A stretch of DNA of 64,000 nt, taken from contig JAFQHL010000064.1 of the NCBI GenBank assembly GCA_017397955.1, positions 4,384 to 68,383 on the forward strand. The letters are read 5' to 3'. The position numbers were made by a program, and so were the translations under genes. The stretch's first letter is position 1. The number at the start of each line of letters is the position of its first letter. Of the stretch, positions 1-7,889 are shown one piece after another. This stretch comes from Clostridia bacterium. GTDB taxonomy: Bacteria; Bacillota; Clostridia; Oscillospirales; CAG-382. The notes under the pieces are model-generated. The model did no database searches, was not told where the DNA came from, and saw only the letters and a program-made list of their open reading frames with translations.

Positions 1-54
1 CAGCCTTTGGGCTGTGCCGTTTTTGCGTGTGTATGGGGGGTGGAGCGCGGAACG

Positions 55-600
55 GGATTTGTAGCGTCGTGTCCATGATGACGAGCGGCGATTGTTGTAG
101 GGACGGGCGCCCTCGACCGTCCGCCACTCTGCGCATATATGTAGCGCCGTGTCCGTGGTGATGGGTGACGGTACGCACCACCGTAGGGCGGGGGTTTATC
201 TCCCGCCGCCGCGTGGCAACACGGCATGCCGCACCGTTCTGTGGACGAACCGCGGCGTTTTGTACCGTAAGGTATATTGCACCGCACAGGGTTTTATTTA
301 TTTGCCGCGTTTGCGATAATGGGCGGCGGTACGCTCGTAGTCCGCCACGCGACGCATATATGTAACGCCGTGTCCGTGGTGATGGGTGACGGTACGCACC
401 ACCGTAGGGCGGGGGTTTATCTCCCGCCGCCGCGTGGCAACACGGCATGCCGCACCGTTCTGTGGACGAATCGCGGCGTTTTGTACCGTAAGGTATATTG
501 CACCGCACAGGGTTTTATTTATTTGCCGCGTTTGCGATAATAGGCGGCGGTACGCTCGTAGGGACAAACCGTCCTCGACCGTCCGCCACGCGACGGGGAT
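55..600. repeat. Mosaic GC-rich hairpin repeat, locus 1: forward GTAGGG-hairpin-CGCC heads at 98, 183, 404 and 558, plus a 221-bp tandem duplication
   Basis: GTAGGGCGGGGGTTTATCTCCCGCCGCC occurs at 183-210 and 404-431. Segments 134-340 and 355-561 are near-identical (3 mismatches) with a 221-bp period. The locus lies downstream of the tmcAL 3' end and may continue past the window edge. Confidence 0.85.
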
Positions 601-668
601 GAGCGAAGATGTGTCTGTAAAAATGCGTGGCGGCACATTATAGAGGGCGGTGTCACCTGCATGAGACA

Positions 669-1793
669 TTAAACCTTAATATACGGTGTTGATGAAAGGG
701 GCGAGACGTAGCTTTCGATTCGGGGCGTGCACAGAGCGGCTTGCTCCTCTGCGGTAACGGTACGCTCAAATGCGGCGCGGGCAGGCTCCGGCAGTTTTGT
801 GTAATTCGCGGGTTTTGTAACTATCGGTAACAAAATACGCTTTTTGTTATCCTTTAAAAACTCTGTCCCCGCCTTGTTTGCCGCCAACAAGCAGGTGTAT
901 GCGGGCGGTGCTTTTACCGCGGTGCTTTCTATCCCCAGCCACGCCGCAATTACGGCACGGCGCACCCGTGCGGCGGTGTAGGTCTTGCTTGTGGCTTCAG
1001 CAATTAAATCTTCAAGGCTTGTTGCTTTTTTTGCGCTTACCCTAAGTGTTGCCGCAAGCGTTTCGTCAATGCAGTACAAACCTTTAAAATCTCCTCTGCG
1101 AAGCAAAGAAATTATTTCCCGCTCCCTGTGTTTAATGCTTCGCGCCTCACCAAAAAACTCGGGGAACGGAAGCTCAGACTTCATATCCGCGGCGGCGCGG
1201 ATTTCTCCCGCGCTCTTGTACCCTGCCTGCCGTTGCATGGGGTACAGCTCAAGAGCCGCGCCTTCCTTTATGCAACTACGCATATACTCCACCGCCAATA
1301 TGTTGTTTGGGGTGGTTACGGCTTTTGCCGCTTCCGCGCCCAGATGCTTTTCTATAAGCATACTGCGCCCGCGCGGATAGGACAGATTGGGCTGTGCCTT
1401 AATAAGGGCGGCAAGCTCTTCCTCAAACTTGGGTAGGGCTGTCAGCTCTGCTATCTGCTCCAAGGTTGCATCCGGACTCTCGCAGCCGAACGAAAGTGCA
1501 TCTACACCCAAGGTTGCGGCGATACGTACACCTGCGGCGGCAAAATCCCCGCCCGACGACACACAGTAGGGGAAGGGGAGCTCTACCACCAAGTCTGCAC
1601 CGCCTGCTATTGCAGCGGCGGCACGGCGGTACTTGTCCTCAACGGCAACCTCGCCCCGTTGGACAAAAGCGCCGCTCATTATGCACACCACGCGGGCGTA
1701 TTTTTCCTTAAGATGGGATATTTGATAGCGGTGCCCGTAGTGGAACGGGTTGTATTCACATATAACTGCAACGGTTTTTCTTTCATTTTCCAT
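669..1793 (-). CDS. tmcAL: tRNA(Met) cytidine acetate ligase (YlbM/UPF0348 nucleotidyltransferase family)
   Basis: ORF 669..1877 trimmed to the ATG at 1793. The N-terminus VAVICEYNPFHYGHRYQ is the HxGH nucleotidyltransferase signature typical of YlbM/TmcAL. Length ~374 aa. Confidence 0.8.
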   Translation of the reverse strand: MENERKTVAVICEYNPFHYGHRYQISHLKEKYARVVCIMSGAFVQRGEVAVEDKYRRAAAAIAGGADLVVELPFPYCVSSGGDFAAAGVRIAATLGVDALSFGCESPDATLEQIAELTALPKFEEELAALIKAQPNLSYPRGRSMLIEKHLGAEAAKAVTTPNNILAVEYMRSCIKEGAALELYPMQRQAGYKSAGEIRAAADMKSELPFPEFFGEARSIKHREREIISLLRRGDFKGLYCIDETLAATLRVSAKKATSLEDLIAEATSKTYTAARVRRAVIAAWLGIESTAVKAPPAYTCLLAANKAGTEFLKDNKKRILLPIVTKPANYTKLPEPARAAFERTVTAEEQAALCTPRIESYVSPLSSTPYIKV

Positions 1794-1878
1794 ATAATTG
1801 CACCTTTTCCTCTTGCAATCGGCGGTTTTTGGTAGTATAATTGTAATGTTAGAATAATTTTCTGTAAGGAGAAACACT

Positions 1879-3090
1879 ATGTTTATATTGGTTGTTAACG
1901 CAGGCAGTTCTTCCCTTAAGTATCAGCTTTTTGAAATGACCAAGGAAGAAGTGCTTGCAAAGGGTCTGTGCGAACGTATCGGCATAGACGGCAAAATCAC
2001 CCACACAAATCTGCAAACGGGCGAAAAGTTCTCTAAAGAAGTGGCTATGCCCACCCATAACGAGGCTACCCGCGCTATGATTGACGCGCTCCTTGACGCA
2101 CAGTACGGTGTTATCAAGGATATGAGCGATATCTCTGCTATCGGTCACCGTGTGGTACAGGGCGGTCCTTGGATAACCAAGCCTACCCTTGTTACCGACG
2201 AAGCTATTGAAGACCTTAAGAAGTGCGTGGTGCTTGCACCCCTTCACACTCCCCCTCATCTTCAGGGTATAGAGGGCTGTAAGGCGGTAATGCCCAACAC
2301 CCCCATGGTGCTGGTTATAGACACATCTTTCCACGCAACTATCCCCGAATACGCTTCCACCTTCCCCATCGACATAAATGTTTCCAGAAAGCATCATATC
2401 AAGCGTTACGGCGCCCACGGTACCTCCCACAGATATGTGGCACAGGAATGTGCAAAGTGGCTTGACAAACCCGTTGAGGAAACCAAGATAGTTACCTGTC
2501 ACCTTGGCAACGGTTCTTCCATCAGCGCAGTTAAGGGCGGCAAGGTTGTGGATACCAGCATGGGCTTTACCCCTCTTGACGGTATCATTATGGGCTCCCG
2601 TTGCGGCGCTATCGACCCTGCTGTTGTTCCCTATGTTATGGAAAAGGAAAACATCCCCGTTGATAAGATCGGCGACTGGATGAACAAGAAGTGCGGCCTC
2701 CTCGGCGTTTCCGGTGTTTCCAGCGACCTGCGTGATGTTCACGCCGCTATCGCTGAGGGCAATAAGGATGCAAAGCTCGCCTTCGATATCCTCGTTTACG
2801 AAATCAAGAAGTTCGTTGGCGCATACGCCGCCGCTATGAACGGTGTTGATGCTGTTGTGTTCACCGCAGGTATCGGCGAAAACGACCACGACGTACGCTT
2901 CCACTCCCTTAAGGATATGGAATATCTTGGCATTAAGGTGGATGCAGAGAAGAACAACAATGTTCGCTCTCTCCCCGCTCCTTGCGATATCTCCGTAGAC
3001 GGCAGCGCGGTACGCGTATTCGTTATCCCCACCAACGAAGAGCTTGTTATCGCAAGAGATACCAAAGAAGTACTTGACTCTCTTAAATAA
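1879..3090 (+). CDS. ackA: Acetate kinase
   Basis: 403 aa. N-terminal ILVVNAGSSSLKYQLF motif and full-length acetate/propionate kinase-like sequence. Confidence 0.95.
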   Translation: MFILVVNAGSSSLKYQLFEMTKEEVLAKGLCERIGIDGKITHTNLQTGEKFSKEVAMPTHNEATRAMIDALLDAQYGVIKDMSDISAIGHRVVQGGPWITKPTLVTDEAIEDLKKCVVLAPLHTPPHLQGIEGCKAVMPNTPMVLVIDTSFHATIPEYASTFPIDINVSRKHHIKRYGAHGTSHRYVAQECAKWLDKPVEETKIVTCHLGNGSSISAVKGGKVVDTSMGFTPLDGIIMGSRCGAIDPAVVPYVMEKENIPVDKIGDWMNKKCGLLGVSGVSSDLRDVHAAIAEGNKDAKLAFDILVYEIKKFVGAYAAAMNGVDAVVFTAGIGENDHDVRFHSLKDMEYLGIKVDAEKNNNVRSLPAPCDISVDGSAVRVFVIPTNEELVIARDTKEVLDSLK

Positions 3091-3117
3091 TACAATATTA
3101 TCTCAAATAAATCAAGG

Positions 3118-3146
3118 AAAAGCCTCCGTTTTCGGGGGCTTTTTTG
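3118..3146 (+). terminator. Rho-independent terminator of ackA
   Basis: Stem AGCCTCCG/CGGGGGCT with loop TTTT, followed by TTTTTT. Confidence 0.8.
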
Positions 3147-3217
3147 CTTTGAGATAAGAGAGAACAGATAAAAAATAAAAGAAAAGTATTTATTTAGATT
3201 AAACATTACAATTCGTC

Positions 3218-3679
3218 TGTGGGACAAACCGTCCTCCACCGTCCGACTAATAACGGATATATGAAACGCCGTGTCCGTACGGTCGCGCGTGATGATGGGC
3301 GACAATTGTTGTAGGGGAGGGGTCTCCCCTCCCGCCACGCGGCGCATGTGTGAAACGCCGTGTCTGTGATAACAGGCGGCGGCGTGTTCGTAGGGCGGGG
3401 GTTTATCTCCCGCCGCCACGCGGCGCATATATGAAACCTGATGTGGTGTAAAATATGTTGCGGGAAAGATTGTTACGGTTTATCTGCAAAACGCGGCGTT
3501 TTACCGAATTGTCACGGGGCGGCGGGAGATAAACCCCCGCCCTACGAGGATGTGTTCCGTTGCCGCGTAGACGGTTGCGTTGATGCGGTGCGAGGCGTGG
3601 CGGCGGGAGATAAACTGTTTGCCCTACGGTGGTGTGTTCCGTTGCTGCGCAGACGGTTACGCGGTTTTTTGTGCGTAAC
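3218..3679. repeat. Mosaic hairpin repeat, locus 2: 3 forward units, 80-nt core, 2 inverted units
   Basis: Forward heads at 3218, 3311 and 3390. Core at 3438-3517. Inverted heads at 3518 and 3600. No RBS-supported ORF. Confidence 0.85.
3390..3545. mobile_element. Minimal MITE-like unit: 28-bp perfect terminal inverted repeats flanking a linker stub plus core
   Basis: 3390-3417 GTAGGGCGGGGGTTTATCTCCCGCCGCC is the exact reverse complement of 3518-3545. A homologous 155-bp unit lies at 10213-10367. Confidence 0.4.
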
Positions 3680-3695
3680 AAAATTTTGCCAAACC

Positions 3696-3724
3696 TTGCA
3701 AAAAGTGCCATCTTGTGCTAATAT
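3696..3724 (+). promoter_or_regulatory. Sigma-A type promoter for the PHP gene
   Basis: TTGCAA (3696-3701), 17 nt, TAATAT (3719-3724). Confidence 0.5.
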
Positions 3725-3765
3725 AGCTTCGACAAAGCTATTTACCGAGAGGAAAAATACATACG

Positions 3766-4575
3766 ATGTTAAAAATTGACAGCCACAACCACACAACCCA
3801 CTCTCACGATGCGGTAAGCAGTCCTGAGGAGTTGTGTGCGGGTGCTTTGAATTTTGGCTTGGACGGCATAGTTATCTCCGACCACGCCGATATACAGGAT
3901 TACACGAGAAAAGAAAGCATAGCCCATATTTTGGCTTCTGTAGCAGATGCCCGCCGCCTTGACGGAAAGCTACAGGTGTTTGCGGGAGTAGAGTTGGGTG
4001 AGGCTGTATGGAGCCCTGCCAAAGCGGCGGAAATTGTTGCCGCCGTAAACCCCGATGTGGTACTCAGCTCCGTCCACGCCGTGCGCTACGGGGAGTATAC
4101 CGAGTGCTTCAGCCGCCTTGACTTTACGGACTGGACGGACAGGATGCTGGACGAGTATATGGTGCAGTACTTTGCGGATATGCAGGAGATGCTGGAACGG
4201 GTGGATATGGATATACTGCCCCACCTGAGTAACCCCGTTAAATATATAAACGGCAGGTACGGTAAGAGCGTTACCCTTGTTCCATACTCCGCCGCTATAG
4301 ACAAAATATTAAAGACGGTTATAGAAAAAGAAATAGCCTTGGAGCTTAATCTTGCTCTTATCGGCACTTCCTACAGCGTTACCATGCCCGAAGCGGATGT
4401 AATGGTGCGCTACAGACAGCTTGGTGGCAGGTTTGTAACAATCGGCTCCGATGCTCATATCAAAACCCGCATAGGCGTAAACTTTGACCACGGCATAAGG
4501 ATACTTAAAGAGGCGGGCTTTGACAGCTATAATTATTACCAAAACAGGGAAATTCAGACAGTAAAGATAGGGTAG
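3766..4575 (+). CDS. PHP-domain phosphoesterase (HisJ/histidinol-phosphatase family)
   Basis: 269 aa. The N-terminal KIDSHNHTTHSHD metal-binding motif is typical of the PHP fold. Confidence 0.7.
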   Translation: MLKIDSHNHTTHSHDAVSSPEELCAGALNFGLDGIVISDHADIQDYTRKESIAHILASVADARRLDGKLQVFAGVELGEAVWSPAKAAEIVAAVNPDVVLSSVHAVRYGEYTECFSRLDFTDWTDRMLDEYMVQYFADMQEMLERVDMDILPHLSNPVKYINGRYGKSVTLVPYSAAIDKILKTVIEKEIALELNLALIGTSYSVTMPEADVMVRYRQLGGRFVTIGSDAHIKTRIGVNFDHGIRILKEAGFDSYNYYQNREIQTVKIG

Positions 4576-4633
4576 GTTTATAGTGAAGTTTTCGCCTGCG
4601 GCAAAAGTTATAATGGACGGCGTTTATTTGTAT

Positions 4634-4683
4634 GGATAGGGGCATCCCTCCCTACGAGCATGCCGTTACCGTTATCACGGACG
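4634..4683. repeat. Solo inverted unit of the mosaic hairpin repeat family (degenerate)
   Basis: GGATAGGGGCATCCCTCCCTAC followed by GAGCATGCCGTTACCGTTATCACGGACG resembles the reverse complement of head plus linker. Confidence 0.55.
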
Positions 4684-4786
4684 GGGGCCCGTTTATCGTT
4701 TTTGCATATACGGAGGTGTTAGGTATTGACTTTTTGCGTTTCCGGATGTAAAATGTAGCAGAAATAATTATGTATAAGGAGTTTTT

Positions 4787-5458
4787 ATGAAAAAATTTTT
4801 ATGTTTGTTTTTAATCTCTTCCTGTATTGCTACAAGCTTTGCCGCTTGCGGTAAAAACGAAGAAGCTGTATCCGGCGCCGATTCCTCTGTCAGCGAATCC
4901 TCTGAAATTACCGAAAGCAGTACGGTATCTGTAGAAGAAAGCAGCTTTGAAGCAGAGAGCACATCCGAGGCGGAAAGTGAATTTGTAGAAGACAGCTCCG
5001 AAGAAAGCGGTGCTGAAGACAGCGAATTCGAAGACAGCTTAGAAGAAAGCAGCTTTGAAGCAGAGAGTACATCCGAGGCGGAAAGTGAATTTATAGAAGA
5101 CAGTTCCGAAGAAAGCGGTGCTGAAGACAGCGCATTCGAAGACAGCTTAGAAGAAAGCAGCACCGAGGCCGTTTTGTCCATAGAGGGTAGCGTTTCCGAA
5201 GAAGCTATGGAGCTGGTAGGCTATTGGACGGACGGTGTAGGTGACAGCTTTATTTTTTCCGGTGACGGCACGGGTAAACTTAAAATAGAAAACTACTCTC
5301 AGGATTTGGTATGGTCCGCAACCGCCGACACAATTAGCATAAAAGTGGACTTTGGTGGTCAGATAGCAGATTATTGCAAGGACACGCCCTACACGATAAA
5401 CGGCGACGAGCTTATTATCACCATGGCTTACGGGGATGTAGTGTTTAAAAAAGCATAA
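4787..5458 (+). CDS. Lipoprotein with an acidic Ser/Glu-rich repeat linker, function unknown
   Basis: Signal peptide plus lipobox (SFAAC). Good RBS (AAGGAG). The low-complexity E/S region contains a 36-aa duplication. Confidence 0.8.
   Translation: MKKFLCLFLISSCIATSFAACGKNEEAVSGADSSVSESSEITESSTVSVEESSFEAESTSEAESEFVEDSSEESGAEDSEFEDSLEESSFEAESTSEAESEFIEDSSEESGAEDSAFEDSLEESSTEAVLSIEGSVSEEAMELVGYWTDGVGDSFIFSGDGTGKLKIENYSQDLVWSATADTISIKVDFGGQIADYCKDTPYTINGDELIITMAYGDVVFKKA
4934..5149 (+). repeat. In-frame 108-bp tandem duplication inside the lipoprotein gene
   Basis: 4934-5041 and 5042-5149 are near-identical (ESSFEAESTSEAESEF[VI]EDSSEESGAEDS[EA]FEDSLE). Confidence 0.9.
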
Positions 5459-5465
5459 AAAACGC

Positions 5466-5506
5466 AGAAAATTCGGGGAGTGTATATCACAACCCCGAAT
5501 TTTTTG
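5466..5506. terminator. Bidirectional rho-independent terminator between convergent genes
   Basis: Stem AAAATTCGGGG/CCCCGAATTTT with an A-run upstream and a T-run downstream. Confidence 0.85.
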
Positions 5507-5510
5507 TTGC

Positions 5511-5915
5511 TTATGTTCTTGTAAGCTTTTTGATTCGCTTGTGGGCGGAAACTTTTCTTTTTGCACCGAACAGCGCACCTGCCAAAGCGCCTGCAACAGC
5601 GGCGGCAAGCAATAGGTAAGCTGAGATTTCACCCCGCTCACCCCAAAGAGATGCGGCAAGTAAAATCAGCAAGTAAAATCCGCCCGCCGCAAAGCCGGCG
5701 GTAATTTTCCCCTCGGTTTTTCGCCCGCCGAAAGCGGCGGCAAAAGCGCCAAGCCCCACGCTTGCAAGGGCAACAACGCTTACCGCATTCAAGGGGGAGG
5801 CGGTCTTCATTGCCGCATAGCTCCCTACAAGACTTATCAAAAGGGCGGCGGCTATACCCAGCACTCCCCATAGAAATATGTTTTTTACGGAACCTAAAAC
5901 ACTTTTTTTAGTCAC
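5511..5915 (-). CDS. Small integral membrane protein (TIGR04086/YrzE-like)
   Basis: 134 aa with about 4 hydrophobic segments rich in G/A. The family call is made from memory of sequence style only. Confidence 0.55.
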   Translation of the reverse strand: MTKKSVLGSVKNIFLWGVLGIAAALLISLVGSYAAMKTASPLNAVSVVALASVGLGAFAAAFGGRKTEGKITAGFAAGGFYLLILLAASLWGERGEISAYLLLAAAVAGALAGALFGAKRKVSAHKRIKKLTRT

Positions 5916-5959
5916 AGCAAATACACCTCGTTAAAAACTGTATGCCGCAACCCTTGTTT

Positions 5960-6991
5960 TTATGCAAAAATTTCTTTAATTATCTCTTCAGTTACCTCGT
6001 CAACCTTGGAAAAATCCATAGTGGGGGTATATATGTCCTCAAGCGCGGCGTGGGCTGTACGACTTTCTGCCATAGCAAGCCGCGCTTCCTCAAGCAGTGC
6101 CGCCACGGTCTTGCAAATAAACCTAAGCTTTCCTCTTACTGCGGAAAGCTTTTCTTTGTCCAAAAAACGCTCCATATTTACGGGCTTGCTTTGGGGTGCC
6201 GCTTCTGCGGCGAACAAAACGCCCGTGTCCTCCAACAGCAGACCGCCAAGCTTGCAAGGGGATAAAGCCGTGGGAGACACCTTTACTCTAAGCCCTCTGC
6301 CGTAGGCGGCGGCAAGCATCTGCTCTAAAAACAAATGAGCTATTCCGTAACTGTCTTTCAAGGAGATTGTTCTGCTTTCGCCGTAGCGTGGCGCAGTTAC
6401 CAATCCTTTACTGCAAAAAGCTTGGCGCGGACGCACGGTAGCGCAAAACTCGCCGCCGGCAGGCGCACTTTGCTTTATAAGCCGCACTGCCGCGGCGTTC
6501 ATTTTATCCCACAGCACCGCACCTTCCAAAAGCTTTTGTTTTTCTTCTTCCAGACAGCCGACCGCCGCAAACAGGCTGTAAGCCCTGTTCATTGCCGCCT
6601 CTTTTTTCTCTGTCAGCGCCTTTACGGTACCGCGTTTTGCCCGTAGCTGTTTTGCATCCCAAAACTCTCCCAGATTAACAAGTCGGTCTGCCACGCCGGG
6701 CAATCGGGGGCTTAGTTCGTGCGGGGCGGTGCCGTCGGCAACGGCGGCTCCTCTTTGGGGCAAAAACACACCGTCCAGACTTTCGGGGTCAGAGGCGCAG
6801 TATATCCTTTCTACCGCTTCGCCGCGCTTTTCCGCCTCTGCCGCCACTTTTTTCATCAGCGCAGACTTACCGCAGCCACAGCCGCCCTTAAGTATATAAA
6901 GGTGCCTTGCTTCTCCAAGTGCGCCTTCAAAATAGCTTACAAATCCCCGTTCTCCGTTAGCGCCGCCGAAGTATCCTGTGGAAATTGCCAT
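5960..6991 (-). CDS. Uncharacterised P-loop NTPase
   Basis: 343 aa. Walker A motif GGCGCGKS near the N-terminus. No further recognisable domain. Confidence 0.7.
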   Translation of the reverse strand: MAISTGYFGGANGERGFVSYFEGALGEARHLYILKGGCGCGKSALMKKVAAEAEKRGEAVERIYCASDPESLDGVFLPQRGAAVADGTAPHELSPRLPGVADRLVNLGEFWDAKQLRAKRGTVKALTEKKEAAMNRAYSLFAAVGCLEEEKQKLLEGAVLWDKMNAAAVRLIKQSAPAGGEFCATVRPRQAFCSKGLVTAPRYGESRTISLKDSYGIAHLFLEQMLAAAYGRGLRVKVSPTALSPCKLGGLLLEDTGVLFAAEAAPQSKPVNMERFLDKEKLSAVRGKLRFICKTVAALLEEARLAMAESRTAHAALEDIYTPTMDFSKVDEVTEEIIKEIFA

Positions 6992-7054
6992 ATTATCGCC
7001 TGCAAAACACAGGCTTTTTCCCCCTTTCGCATATAAAAAATACGCTTTTTCTTA

Positions 7055-7083
7055 TTGACAGTTGCAAAGCGTAAGAGTATAAT
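7055..7083 (+). promoter_or_regulatory. Consensus sigma-A promoter
   Basis: TTGACA (7055-7060), 17 nt, TATAAT (7078-7083). Confidence 0.65.
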
Positions 7084-7133
7084 GTAATATTAGATTATGC
7101 AGTATTATGTGCTTTTGACAGGAGTTTTTGCTT

Positions 7134-7868
7134 ATGAGATTGCTTGTTTTAGCAGCAGGACAGGGTAAACGTCTTAACAGCGATGCGGCAATGTTGCCCA
7201 AGGTTATGCGTACCGTTTTAGGAAAACCTCTTATGGCTTATGTATTGGACGCGGCGGATTTTATACCCGCAGATGAAGTGTACGGCGTGGTTGGTTATTT
7301 GAAGGAAGCGGTTATGGATGCTTTCCCTCAAATAAACTTTGTTGTACAGGATGAGCGCAAGGGGACAGGCCACGCCGTTATGTGTGCCGCAGATGCTTTT
7401 AAGGATTATAAGGGCGAGGTTATGGTCATTAACGGTGATATGCCCTTGTTTAAGCGCAGTACCCTTATTGATATGTGGAACAGCCATAAAGCAAGCGGCG
7501 CGGTTTGCACACTGGGGACCTTTGTTGCAGAAGGGGAGATACCGCCCTTTGGCAGAATAATAAGAGACGACGACGGCTTTGTTTGCGATATTGTGGAGCA
7601 GAAGGATGCCACAGAGGAACAGCGCGCTATAAGGGAGCTTAATGTGGGCGTTTACATCTTTGACAGTGAAAGTCTTTTTGCCGCCTTGCCCAAGCTTACA
7701 AAAAGCCCTGTCAGTGGGGAGTATTATCTTACCGATGTGCCCCGTCAGTTGGCAAAGGAAGGCAAAAAAACAGCCGCATACGTGCTTAGCGACCCTGACG
7801 AAACGCTGGGCGTTAATACAGAGGCAGACCTTGCCGCGGTGGAAGCACTGCTTAAAAGTAAAATATAA
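7134..7868 (+). CDS. Sugar-phosphate nucleotidyltransferase (GlmU N-terminal-domain-like)
   Basis: LVLAAGQGKRL signature. The ATG at 7134 is preferred over the TTG at 7128 because of its spacing from AGGAG (7120-7124). Confidence 0.8.
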   Translation: MRLLVLAAGQGKRLNSDAAMLPKVMRTVLGKPLMAYVLDAADFIPADEVYGVVGYLKEAVMDAFPQINFVVQDERKGTGHAVMCAADAFKDYKGEVMVINGDMPLFKRSTLIDMWNSHKASGAVCTLGTFVAEGEIPPFGRIIRDDDGFVCDIVEQKDATEEQRAIRELNVGVYIFDSESLFAALPKLTKSPVSGEYYLTDVPRQLAKEGKKTAAYVLSDPDETLGVNTEADLAAVEALLKSKI

Positions 7869-7889
7869 AGGAAATGCAGGTATAAAAAA

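Noticed and set aside
165-643. ORF-track ORFs inside the repeat loci: 165..365, 277..540, 298..669, 386..643. The same applies to 2796..3428, 3403..3711, 3441..3779, 9446..10168, 9735..10163, 9766..10251, 10021..10257, 10264..10566 and 10278..10520.
   Set aside because: The regions are open in several frames on both strands simply because they are GC-rich and stop-poor. There is no SD sequence before the starts. The peptide repeats (for example MRRVAAGDKPPPY) arise on either strand from the palindromic head. Some of these ORFs run antisense into real genes.
1849-2904. Long antisense 'shadow' ORFs opposite well-supported genes: 1849..2904, 8442..9518, 12212..13114, 15274..16179, 16564..17340, 17291..18286, 22561..23625, 38306..39406, 44191..45174 and 56359..57768.
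   Set aside because: Each lies fully inside a gene with clear family motifs on the other strand. They have odd amino-acid composition, no RBS and no recognisable domains.
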